64,000 nucleotides of DNA from a virus. The translations under genes and the position numbers were made by a program. The notes beneath the pieces were generated by a model. That model was not told the DNA's origin and did no database searches. It saw only the letters and a list, made by a program, of their open reading frames with translations. The stretch lies in the IMG/VR virus record IMGVR_UViG_3300047471_000541, positions 3,861 to 67,860 of that record; one strand, written 5' to 3'. Of the stretch, positions 1 to 8,193 are shown piece by piece. Within the stretch, counting starts at the first letter, position 1. Every line of letters starts with the position of its first letter.

Positions 1-7
1 GGCTTGG

Positions 8-379
8 TTGCGCGACTACGTGAACGACTGCGAGGAAAACTCGAAGTCAGGAAACGAGGCGCGCGAACTGGCCGACGCATTGGAAGCGACCATCGAGGAC
101 ACGCAACTTTACTTCGTGTGTCCAGATGGGCGCGACGATTGCGAAATACCAACTTCACCCGATCCAATGCCGCTCTGCGAAGTCGGGGCGCATATTGCGA
201 TCCTGCGGAAGATGTATCTCCGGCAGGGGTATTTCTCCAACGCGAGGCAAGAGCGAATAGCGCCGAGCGAGCTTTGTTTTAAGCTCGTGCCATACGAGGA
301 AGAACCCGAACGAGTAGCCGACGGCGAAGATGCCGAGGAATGGCAGAAGCGCACAGACAGGGAAGGAGGTAGAGGATGA
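8..379 (+). CDS. hypothetical phage protein, probably truncated at the window edge
   Basis: Acidic ORF; its stop overlaps the next start (ATGA). Confidence 0.6.
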   Translation: MRDYVNDCEENSKSGNEARELADALEATIEDTQLYFVCPDGRDDCEIPTSPDPMPLCEVGAHIAILRKMYLRQGYFSNARQERIAPSELCFKLVPYEEEPERVADGEDAEEWQKRTDREGGRG

Positions 380-456
380 GCGACAAGTGGAAAGCCTTTT
401 GGCTCGCTGTGGGGCTGCTGGTGGCGATTGGAATAATTGTCGCCTGTTGGAGTTAG
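376..456 (+). CDS. 26-aa single-pass membrane peptide
   Basis: GGAGGT RBS at 365-370; translates to MSDKWKAFWLAVGLLVAIGIIVACWS; below the ORF-track cutoff. Confidence 0.6.
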   Translation: MSDKWKAFWLAVGLLVAIGIIVACWS

Positions 457-539
457 TCAGTCGCGGTCTGAGCGCGTGGCAGGTGCTACGCGCTCAGGAC
501 GCGGCGGAATTATCCGTCCGTAAACGAAAGGAAACCTAG

Positions 540-1139
540 ATGAAAAAACTGAACATAGGCGGCGCAACAACCGAAGCGCCGTCGAAGTCCAAGTCAAAAC
601 ACCCATCGGTAAAAGTAGGCGGGCGACTCGAAGAATTGCTCAGGCAGTTCGTCGTCGTCAATCCGCAGTTCAAGACCTTGAAGGCACAGCAAGAAACGCT
701 TTCCCGCGATATTGGCGGGGAAACGCGCCCGCTGTTCTTCGAGTACTTTGCCGGAGTAGTGCCGGAAAGCTCGACCATGCTGGCGAACGTGGGAGGCCGC
801 GACGTTAAGCTGATCGTCAAAGACCGCTACAGCCAAATGTTGACCGACGACAAGCGCCTGCGCGCTGCGATCGGCGACGAAGTGGTGGACAAGTGGTTCC
901 ACTGGCGCACCAAGTACGGGATTGATTACGACAAAATCGCGGAGGACAAGCAGGAAGCCTTCGCCGCTGGCGTTGAGGAGTTGCGGGTGAAGTTGGGCAT
1001 CGCTGCCGATGCGATCACCGCGAAACAGTTTGTCGAGCCGAACGCGGGCTTTCACGAGTCGCGCACAATCACGCTCACACCGGAGCAGAACAAGGCGCTC
1101 GACGCTTTGTTGCCTGTGACGGCTTACCCGATGCTCTAA
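540..1139 (+). CDS. hypothetical protein, translationally coupled to the ligase-like gene
   Basis: AACGAAAGGAAAC leader upstream; TAATG overlap with the next gene. Confidence 0.8.
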   Translation: MKKLNIGGATTEAPSKSKSKHPSVKVGGRLEELLRQFVVVNPQFKTLKAQQETLSRDIGGETRPLFFEYFAGVVPESSTMLANVGGRDVKLIVKDRYSQMLTDDKRLRAAIGDEVVDKWFHWRTKYGIDYDKIAEDKQEAFAAGVEELRVKLGIAADAITAKQFVEPNAGFHESRTITLTPEQNKALDALLPVTAYPML

Positions 1140-1807
1140 TGGAAACACTGACGATTGACGCGCTGGAGTTCTATCCCCCAGCGCCGAGCAACGGGGGCGA
1201 ATTAAGCGAACTAACGCCGCCCAAGGTGGGCGAGTGGGTTTGGCAACCGAAGGTGGACGATTGGCGCGGAGTAGTGGACGCGCCGAGCGGGGTGGTGTGG
1301 TCGCAGTATGGCGATCTGTCCACGATAGCCTTGCAAGGCAAAATCAAAGCGGCGCTGGCGATCCTGCGGGCGAAGTGGGGCGGTTCAACCGAGCCGTGGC
1401 AACGCTTCGACGTTGGACTGATGGAAAACCGTCACGACCTGATGCGCGGAAGCATCATCATCTTCGACGTAATGGATTCGTGCTGGCCGCACCATGAGCG
1501 GCGCGCATGGCTGGAGAGCAAGTTTCCTGTTCTGCCGCTGGCTCACATCATGCTGGCCGGAGTGGCGAACGTGCGGGACGAAGTGTTCCTGATTAACGAG
1601 TGGCGAGAGGATACAAAATCGGAAAAGATGTTTCCGGTTCCGCTTGAGCCGCTGGCCTTGCAACGCCTACTCAAGCGCGAAAATGACCTCGTGGGACACA
1701 AGTTTTACGAGGGTTTGGTGGCGAAGCGCGCCGACGCGCTTTATCCGGTCGCCACGAAGGCGAAGCAGAAAACGGCGGTGTGGGTAAAGCACAGGTTCGA
1801 CCAATGA
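1139..1807 (+). CDS. ATP-dependent ligase-like nucleotidyltransferase (adenylation domain only)
   Basis: Motif I-like QPKVDDWR, IIIFDV, motif IV YEGLVAKR, motif V WVKHR; no OB domain. Confidence 0.75.
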   Translation: METLTIDALEFYPPAPSNGGELSELTPPKVGEWVWQPKVDDWRGVVDAPSGVVWSQYGDLSTIALQGKIKAALAILRAKWGGSTEPWQRFDVGLMENRHDLMRGSIIIFDVMDSCWPHHERRAWLESKFPVLPLAHIMLAGVANVRDEVFLINEWREDTKSEKMFPVPLEPLALQRLLKRENDLVGHKFYEGLVAKRADALYPVATKAKQKTAVWVKHRFDQ

Positions 1808-2013
1808 GAGCGCGCTTTCGCATCTACGAGGTTGAACATCAGGGCGACGAAGCCGAGTCACTTCACGATCTTAGAATAGCGGGGTGTGACAACATCGAGG
1901 TTTTGTCGAGGGATTACGAGGGGGAGGAGTCAATCGCGGTGGCGGTTGACCTCCCCGAAGGCATGACGAATTTTCGCGAGCTAGAACCCAAGCTCGAGTA
2001 CGCCTGTCTGTAG
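1804..2013 (+). CDS. hypothetical protein
   Basis: ATGA overlap with the ligase stop; begins MRARFRIYEV. Confidence 0.65.
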   Translation: MRARFRIYEVEHQGDEAESLHDLRIAGCDNIEVLSRDYEGEESIAVAVDLPEGMTNFRELEPKLEYACL

Positions 2014-2107
2014 TTTGTTCCTGTCTGCTGGCGGAATGAGAGAGCGCCTGTGAGCGCCGACCGCCAGCAGCAGGGAGCAATCCAGCTCCGATAACGAAAG
2101 GAAACCA

Positions 2108-2311
2108 ATGCGAAGAAAGAACAACCAACCAACACCGTTGATGGATCGGCTGAAAGCCCAAATCCTAACGTTGGGTGGAGAAATCCCCGCGCCGTGGCCG
2201 TGGGCAATAACCGGCAGGAAAGTCAGCAGAGGCAAAGTCGAGGTCGATGTTGCCCTGTACAACCTGCAACTACTGGAACTGCGGGACGACCTGCTCAAAA
2301 AGGCCGCATGA
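2108..2311 (+). CDS. hypothetical protein
   Basis: AACGAAAGGAAAC leader at 2093-2105. Confidence 0.7.
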   Translation: MRRKNNQPTPLMDRLKAQILTLGGEIPAPWPWAITGRKVSRGKVEVDVALYNLQLLELRDDLLKKAA

Positions 2312-2508
2312 CCATCAAGGAAGCGATTGAGAAGGCCGTCCGCGAGCGCAACTCGGCGCTCGCGGGGCGGATCTGTGACAAGATGCGGTTCGAGCTTGGC
2401 GCGACTTACGCGGACGTTGAGTCCAGGTTTGTCGAGGCCGGGGCTACCAAGAGCGATTTCGAGGCGCTGATGTATTACGCGGATCAGGACGGCGTTCCAA
2501 ATTCGTAA
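2308..2508 (+). CDS. hypothetical protein
   Basis: ATGA overlap; begins MTIKEAIEK. Confidence 0.65.
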   Translation: MTIKEAIEKAVRERNSALAGRICDKMRFELGATYADVESRFVEAGATKSDFEALMYYADQDGVPNS

Positions 2509-2517
2509 AAATAATTC

Positions 2518-2546
2518 TTGACTATCGCTTTACTTAGTGCGATAAG
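2518..2546 (+). promoter_or_regulatory. sigma70-like promoter
   Basis: TTGACT-N17-GATAAG in an AT-rich intergenic patch, followed by a 10-bp hairpin (2551-2578) and the conserved leader. Confidence 0.5.
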
Positions 2547-2593
2547 ACGAGCGCGGGGTGTAATCCAGCACCCCGCGCAACGAAAGGAAACAC

Positions 2594-2947
2594 ATGGCAG
2601 ACAAAATCAAAGACGCGGAACTTCTCAAATCCGCATTAGCGATGGGCAGCGTGACGCTCGCCGAAGATTGGCGACTAATCACGATCCGAACCATCAGCCC
2701 GCGAGTTGTAGATCAACTTCCGTGGTTCGATAGCGCGAACGTCGAGGGGTTAATGACGGTCGCCTTCGAGAAACTGGAAACCGTTGGCTTGTCGGAGAAA
2801 AGTTACTGCCTCGTGGTTCGCCACGATGGGCAACTCGGCAAGATTCGGCCTCTTAACTTCCTGATGTGGCTCCGGTCGCATCAACACATGGACGCCGACA
2901 CGGCACAGGCCGTTCTCCGCGCGCTTCCGCAACTGTTCGAGGTCTAA
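2594..2947 (+). CDS. hypothetical protein
   Basis: Leader AACGAAAGGAAAC at 2579-2591. Confidence 0.75.
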   Translation: MADKIKDAELLKSALAMGSVTLAEDWRLITIRTISPRVVDQLPWFDSANVEGLMTVAFEKLETVGLSEKSYCLVVRHDGQLGKIRPLNFLMWLRSHQHMDADTAQAVLRALPQLFEV

Positions 2948-3172
2948 ATGGAAGAACCAACCAACGGAAACGGGCATCGTATGTCGCGGGTAATCAACCG
3001 TGACTACGTGAAACGATGGGCGCTGGATTACTGCCGCGACCACGAAATGGTGAGCCGCAGGAAATTCAAGCGGGTCAGTGAAGCGTTCCTCAACATGATC
3101 GAGGCAGCAACCAAGAGCGCGATCATTCACCGGATCGAATCGCACCCATCGAAAGGACAGACACTCCGATGA
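2948..3172 (+). CDS. small histone-fold-like protein (candidate)
   Basis: VINRDYVKRW...KRVSEAFLNMIEAATKSAIIHRIESHPSKGQTL follows the alpha1-L1(RVS)-alpha2-L2(xTL) pattern of prokaryotic histones. Confidence 0.55.
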   Translation: MEEPTNGNGHRMSRVINRDYVKRWALDYCRDHEMVSRRKFKRVSEAFLNMIEAATKSAIIHRIESHPSKGQTLR

Positions 3173-3714
3173 AGCCACCAACCGACGAATCGGGTTTCTT
3201 CCCGACAATCGCGCAGGACTTCGCGGAACAGGCACAGGCCGACGCGCTCAGGGATCGCCTTGAGCGCGTGGCTCGCCACATCGAGTCGATGCTTTGCTGC
3301 TGGGAGGAGTGGGACGGCAACACGGCGATTGTAGTAGGCACACGGATCGAGATTGGTTCCACCTTCTCGAAGCTGGCCGTGGACGCGCCGAATTACGACA
3401 TAGGCTTGCAACCGAAGTTCGCGGGGACAGGCGTTTACGCTTACATGGCTCCCTGCTTTATCACGGAGGTTCGGGACGCGGAAACATTCGTCGCCCAAAT
3501 CGATTACCCGCCGGAGGTGACGCACTGTCGCCACCTAAACGGCACGAAGCTCCTTCTGGATATTCTGGACGTATGGCCTCCGGTGCGGCTCCTGAGCGCA
3601 GACAGGCGGCAAGAGTGCCACCTGTGCGCTCGGGAGCTTCCGAACCGCGTGGGTAATTGCTGTGTGTGCGGGAAAAACTTGGACGGCGTAATGCCGATCC
3701 TCGCGCAAGCATGA
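3169..3714 (+). CDS. hypothetical protein with C-terminal zinc ribbon
   Basis: CHLC...CCVC near the C-terminus; overlaps both neighbours. Confidence 0.7.
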   Translation: MKPPTDESGFFPTIAQDFAEQAQADALRDRLERVARHIESMLCCWEEWDGNTAIVVGTRIEIGSTFSKLAVDAPNYDIGLQPKFAGTGVYAYMAPCFITEVRDAETFVAQIDYPPEVTHCRHLNGTKLLLDILDVWPPVRLLSADRRQECHLCARELPNRVGNCCVCGKNLDGVMPILAQA

Positions 3715-3848
3715 GCGCCTACGAGAGAAGATACCACCGAACACGCAACGCGCGCCTCCGGCGTTGCGTGTGGTGGCTCCTGCGGGAACTGGGGCGCGAT
3801 CTGCGAACACTTTTACAACAACAAACCAACATGAAAGGAAACCAATGA
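3711..3848 (+). CDS. small basic hypothetical protein
   Basis: ATGA overlaps at both ends. Confidence 0.45.
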   Translation: MSAYERRYHRTRNARLRRCVWWLLRELGRDLRTLLQQQTNMKGNQ

Positions 3849-4309
3849 GATTAGACGACAAACCCACGCTCAAGAAATTGCGTGAGGCAATCGACGCGGC
3901 ACTGATGCTCGCGCGAGTGCCAGAAATGTTCGGCCTGACTTCGCTCAAAGCTGGCCGGATCAGTTACGATAGCAACGGCCTGAGCGCCAAGATCACGCTC
4001 GAAGCGGAAGCCAAATCCGAGGACGGCAAATCCAAGGACGAAGTGAACTTCGAGAAGTACGCACAACTGTTCGGACTGAAACCCGAATGGCTGCGTAGCA
4101 GCTTCAAGCGCGGGCTGGACTCGGTGGAAATCATCGGGCTTCACCCCAACCGGAGCAAATTTCCGGTTCTGGTGCGAAGTAGCGAGACAGGAAAAAACTT
4201 CCTGATCACCGCCGACGAAGTGAAGCGGAAACTCGGCGCGAAATCAGCGCCACAGGTGTTCGCGGGTTCAATACTCGTGCCACCGTTGGGGAAGGGAGGT
4301 GGCGCGTGA
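3845..4309 (+). CDS. hypothetical protein
   Basis: GAAAGGAAACCA-ATG places the start at 3845 (MRLDDKP). Confidence 0.75.
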   Translation: MRLDDKPTLKKLREAIDAALMLARVPEMFGLTSLKAGRISYDSNGLSAKITLEAEAKSEDGKSKDEVNFEKYAQLFGLKPEWLRSSFKRGLDSVEIIGLHPNRSKFPVLVRSSETGKNFLITADEVKRKLGAKSAPQVFAGSILVPPLGKGGGA

Positions 4310-4953
4310 GCGCCACTTCCGACCAGCCGTCAGGCGAATGGACGGAAAACACAGTTCGTGAATTAGCTAGTCATCACGATGGAATGAAGCGAGTAGCCGA
4401 CGCGCACACCACCGCACTCGCCGCCGAGCGGGAGCGAACAAGGCATTTCGAGTATCAGATGGACTTGCGAATCAAAGACATCCAGCAACTCCGCGAGCAA
4501 CTGGCGTTAAACGAACATGCGGCCACAGATACAATCGCAACATTAGAACGACAACTGGCGGCAGCAGAGAAAGACTCCAATGAGTTACACGAAAAGTTAA
4601 AAGATACGCACCGACAATTGGCGGCAGCACAGGCGGAAGTAGATGCTCATGTCACGCGATGCCGTAACTTTGAAGGCGCACTCGACGCAGCCATAGCCGA
4701 AGCAACCAAGGAACTGGCAGATGAACTAAAGTCCACAACGACGCAACTTGCCACGGAGCGGCATAATGCAGCCGCAGCACAGAAGTCGCTTGTGGATGCG
4801 CTGGAATGGGCGTGGACAATCATAGCCAACGCTGGCGGTGGCGACTGGACAAAAGAAAGCCAAGACTGGCAAGACGCCGCAGCTAAATGGCGCGACGAGG
4901 CATGGCATCCTACACTCGACAAGCTCGCAAAGGTGAAGGGAGGTGGCGCGTGA
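4291..4953 (+). repeat. 19-bp direct repeat GAAGGGAGGTGGCGCGTGA at 4291-4309 and 4935-4953
   Basis: Exact duplicate read from the sequence; brackets gene 4306-4953. Confidence 0.9.
4306..4953 (+). CDS. coiled-coil hypothetical protein
   Basis: Heptad-rich with repeated RQLAAA; GGAGG RBS. Confidence 0.75.
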   Translation: MSATSDQPSGEWTENTVRELASHHDGMKRVADAHTTALAAERERTRHFEYQMDLRIKDIQQLREQLALNEHAATDTIATLERQLAAAEKDSNELHEKLKDTHRQLAAAQAEVDAHVTRCRNFEGALDAAIAEATKELADELKSTTTQLATERHNAAAAQKSLVDALEWAWTIIANAGGGDWTKESQDWQDAAAKWRDEAWHPTLDKLAKVKGGGA

Positions 4954-5201
4954 AGCAGGGGCGCACGCGCTTCGGCAATCAACCGGTGCCGACCTATATC
5001 CTCGACATGATTCACGATGCAATGCGCGACCTATCGGTCGCGCGGCGCATCCTACACAACCAACAACGAAAGGAAACCAATGGGAAGAAAAGCACCAAAG
5101 AAAAGAACAGGCCGGATAAGTCGCTGGCGCACCAAACGAGCAGCGCGTCGTCTAGCCAAGAAACGGTGGGGGAAATGAGGCCGCGTGAAGTGGACTGCTG
5201 A
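4950..5201 (+). CDS. hypothetical protein
   Basis: GTG start inside the second direct repeat with GGAGG RBS; 3' half overlaps other ORFs. Confidence 0.4.
   Translation: MKQGRTRFGNQPVPTYILDMIHDAMRDLSVARRILHNQQRKETNGKKSTKEKNRPDKSLAHQTSSASSSQETVGEMRPREVDC
5080..5178 (+). CDS. 32-aa Arg/Lys-rich peptide
   Basis: Full leader at 5065-5077; translates to MGRKAPKKRTGRISRWRTKRAARRLAKKRWGK. Confidence 0.65.
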   Translation: MGRKAPKKRTGRISRWRTKRAARRLAKKRWGK

Positions 5202-5379
5202 ATACGTGCAGGAGTTGAACCGGAAAGGTTGCCAGCACACAGCCGACGTACACAACGACGAAATGGAACGGGTCGAGAAAACCATTCACCAAATCGCGCA
5301 ATTAGTAACCAACACAGCCGGAGCAATCCATAACCGGATCGGCGAACTAGAAAGGATAAAGCATGTTAAGCACTACTGA
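5185..5379 (+). CDS. hypothetical protein
   Basis: ORF fills the operon; GAGG upstream of the GTG start. Confidence 0.5.
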   Translation: MKWTAEYVQELNRKGCQHTADVHNDEMERVEKTIHQIAQLVTNTAGAIHNRIGELERIKHVKHY

Positions 5380-5563
5380 GTTAGTCCAGAAATACGTGGG
5401 CAAAAAAGTCCTGTGGGAGCCGCTGGCCGGATTGAAGGTGCAGGTCGAAACAGCAGACGTTCGGCGCGCCTTCGGGCGAATCGACGTCCTGATCCGACCG
5501 CTACTGGATCACGGCACAGGCGAAGCGTGGGTTGACAGTAACAACATCGAGTTGCAGGGTTAG
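5363..5563 (+). CDS. small beta-rich (SH3-like) hypothetical protein
   Basis: GAAAGGA RBS; last + strand gene before the terminator. Confidence 0.7.
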   Translation: MLSTTELVQKYVGKKVLWEPLAGLKVQVETADVRRAFGRIDVLIRPLLDHGTGEAWVDSNNIELQG

Positions 5564-5582
5564 CACAACGTTTCAGCGATTG

Positions 5583-5614
5583 AAGGGCGTCGGAGGCAAC
5601 TCCGGCGCCCTTTT
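5583..5614. terminator. intrinsic terminator between convergent operons
   Basis: AAGGGCGTCGGAG-GCAA-CTCCGGCGCCCTT followed by TT; GNRA loop. Confidence 0.8.
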
Positions 5615-5619
5615 CGCGT

Positions 5620-5979
5620 TTACCTCGGTGGAGGTGGCGGCGTCGGTTTCGGTGGTTTTGGATCTTCTGTTGCCATGTTATTACCTCCTTTCGCCTCTGA
5701 ATCGCTTTCGGCGGCGGCAGCGCGTTCATCCTTGGGATGAAACAGGAGGCGTAAGTGTTCCATCGCCGCGTTCTCGATGTGCTGACACCACTGGCGCATC
5801 TCGAAGCCCACGCACTCGCAGCTCGGCGGCCGTAGCGGGTAATCGAAGCAACCGGACACATCGACGCGATAGCTTTTGCCCGGTTCAGTTCGACTGCGGT
5901 GCTGATAGCGCCCGTGGCCGAGGTAGGTCACAGGATCGTGCCTGGGGTTAGTGAGCTTGCGTTTGAGTGCCACTTTCAT
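5620..5979 (-). CDS. SWIM zinc-finger protein
   Basis: YRVD...CECVGF...CQHI matches the SWIM CxC-xn-CxH pattern; start inferred at MKVALK. Confidence 0.65.
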   Translation of the reverse strand: MKVALKRKLTNPRHDPVTYLGHGRYQHRSRTEPGKSYRVDVSGCFDYPLRPPSCECVGFEMRQWCQHIENAAMEHLRLLFHPKDERAAAAESDSEAKGGNNMATEDPKPPKPTPPPPPR

Positions 5980-6466
5980 GCGACTGCTGAGTCGCGAATG
6001 CAGGTATGCACCTGCTGGTATCCAGGTGCACTTGACGTTTCCAACGCCACACGAGCTGGTGGCGATCCGCCCAGTTCCAATAGCGCCAGAGCAGGTCAGC
6101 GTAGCGCGGGGAGAGAGCGAAAAGGATGCCCGAACGTAACGAACTCCTTTTGGCGAATTCCACGCCGCGGTTGCGAACGTGGACGACGAATTGGAGCCGG
6201 ACAATCTTCCGCATACGCCACGCTCGGGTCCACCAGTGGCACTTCTGGTTCTTACAGAAGCGCGTCACGTAATCGTTGAGGAGCTTCATCGCCTGCAACT
6301 CTTGAATAAACGGCGTGTAGCATTGGCGACGAACGAGGAACCGGCGCTGGATGCCGGTGCGAGTAAGCGTTTCATCGATCGCGAACTCGAGCTCAATCGT
6401 TTTGAGGCGATTAAAGTGTTCCTCAACGCCGCACCCGCAGTCGCAAACCAGTTTGCCGGCGCTCAT
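5948..6466 (-). CDS. hypothetical protein
   Basis: ATGA overlap with the upstream gene; N-terminal CDCGC. Confidence 0.65.
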   Translation of the reverse strand: MSAGKLVCDCGCGVEEHFNRLKTIELEFAIDETLTRTGIQRRFLVRRQCYTPFIQELQAMKLLNDYVTRFCKNQKCHWWTRAWRMRKIVRLQFVVHVRNRGVEFAKRSSLRSGILFALSPRYADLLWRYWNWADRHQLVWRWKRQVHLDTSRCIPAFATQQSHESGTQTQAH

Positions 6467-8193
6467 GGAAAACAGCGTCCCAAAAATGCGGTGAAATCAT
6501 CAGCCAGTGCCTGTGTGAAGTTCGACATATCGCCGTGATCGCCTGTGGTGACGATGCAGGTGTTTTCAAGGGCGTGTCCTGCGGCCTGAGCCATCAGCTT
6601 CTGCCCATGCAGATTAACTGGAACCACGGTATCGGCCAGCGATCCCATGCAGCGCAGCCGCAGGCCGTTGAAGACCGAGGCGGAAAAGAGCATTGGATCG
6701 CGCCCTGCAGTTCCAGCAGGGAAGCCGGGGAACGCCGCATCAATGGACGCCTTCAGCGAAGGATGCGTTTCAGCCAGCGCCAGATCACACACAGGAAAAA
6801 TGCCGTGCCAGCCCTTAACTGTCGCGCCCGCGAATCCCTGCGTGGTCTTTAACAGTCCGACTGGACCGCCCGCGCTGCCGCCGAACATTACGACCTTGGT
6901 CACACCGTAATTGGCTACCAGGTATGCCACTAATGCTTCCACTGCTGCCTGTGCTGTAGGATTGTCCCAGTTGTAGCCAAAGGCGTTGCACGCTGCTACA
7001 AGATGACCTGCTCCTATGCCAGCGTAGCTGTAAACCGTGTTGGGAGTAAGATTGATGTCCTTCTCGCTGCCACCCATGCCGTGGCACCAGATCAGCGCGG
7101 TACCGGACACCCGAGTAAGAGGCGTCATAATCCTCACGTTGTCGCCTGACACCGTGGTATCCTTCATGGTGAATGGCGGCGATGCCAGAGCAGAAGCCGA
7201 GAGCCAAAGCATACATGGCGCGCCACTGAGCGTGGTGGGGTCCATGGCAGCGGTGCCGTCCACTGGCGGCAAGCCATATCTGCCCAGAAAAAAGTTCGAC
7301 ACTCCAGACCTTTCAAACGGTCCGGTTGTCAGTAATTGACGGTTAAGGAAGCAAACCTCGCAAAGGTCGCCATCGGAAAAAGTGGAATCGAATCCCCTGT
7401 AACCAACCTGATCAAAATCTCCAGTGGAAGCAGAAGCGAATCCGGTCGGCCCGACGCCAGCTCCGTCAACGAAAAAAGCTGCTCCTCCAGCATTGTCAAA
7501 GGTGCCATTGAAAACGTGGAACACTCCCTTGTATGGGTTCGGCGTAATGTAGGCGGCGTAAGCCTTGCTCTGGGCAAACAGGTAATCAATGTCCAGCTCG
7601 CAAACACCGAGCGGGCCGTTGCCGAGACTTGAGCAGAGAGAGTAAACGGTCTTGCCCGCAGAGGGCTTCATCACTACGAACATTTCCCATGGGCCGTTGC
7701 CCGAAACCGGAACGCTGAGATTGAACCCGGAACTGCCGGAAAGATGAACTGATGGCTGACCACCAAAAATGTTCTTCTTGAAAATCGGAGTGCCGATCTT
7801 GTGAGCGTCGTTGGCATGGCCGCTAACATCTGGCCAAGTGACAATAGTGTCGCCATCGTTGAGTGGCGGGTTGCCAGCCCCGCCGCCACCGCCCCCGCCG
7901 CCTTGCAACGTGACCGCGCCGATTAGCTTGCGCGAATCCGAAATCCGGAAAGCTGTGCCGTCGTCGATCAGGACGCGACCGATCACTTTGTCCGAGTCAC
8001 TGGTACGAATCTCCGTGCCATCAGCGATCTTCACATGACCGATCAATTTGCGGCTGTCACTGGTTCGGATGCCGGTTCCGTCATCCTGCACGACAACGCC
8101 GATCAACTTATTGGAATCGCTGCCTTTCTCGCCTTGACCATCGGTGATGACCGTCCCGATCACTTTATTGGAATCACTAGTGGGTGTGGGCAT
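6463..8193 (-). CDS. fibre/receptor-binding protein: 20-aa repeats, LamG/ConA-like domain, alpha/beta-hydrolase
   Basis: Five SDSxK(V/L)IG repeats, Gly linker, VTWPDVSGHAND...GDLCEV lectin-like segment, then HGMGG, GGSAGG, ADTVVP, GDHG. Confidence 0.7.
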   Translation of the reverse strand: MPTPTSDSNKVIGTVITDGQGEKGSDSNKLIGVVVQDDGTGIRTSDSRKLIGHVKIADGTEIRTSDSDKVIGRVLIDDGTAFRISDSRKLIGAVTLQGGGGGGGGAGNPPLNDGDTIVTWPDVSGHANDAHKIGTPIFKKNIFGGQPSVHLSGSSGFNLSVPVSGNGPWEMFVVMKPSAGKTVYSLCSSLGNGPLGVCELDIDYLFAQSKAYAAYITPNPYKGVFHVFNGTFDNAGGAAFFVDGAGVGPTGFASASTGDFDQVGYRGFDSTFSDGDLCEVCFLNRQLLTTGPFERSGVSNFFLGRYGLPPVDGTAAMDPTTLSGAPCMLWLSASALASPPFTMKDTTVSGDNVRIMTPLTRVSGTALIWCHGMGGSEKDINLTPNTVYSYAGIGAGHLVAACNAFGYNWDNPTAQAAVEALVAYLVANYGVTKVVMFGGSAGGPVGLLKTTQGFAGATVKGWHGIFPVCDLALAETHPSLKASIDAAFPGFPAGTAGRDPMLFSASVFNGLRLRCMGSLADTVVPVNLHGQKLMAQAAGHALENTCIVTTGDHGDMSNFTQALADDFTAFLGRCFP

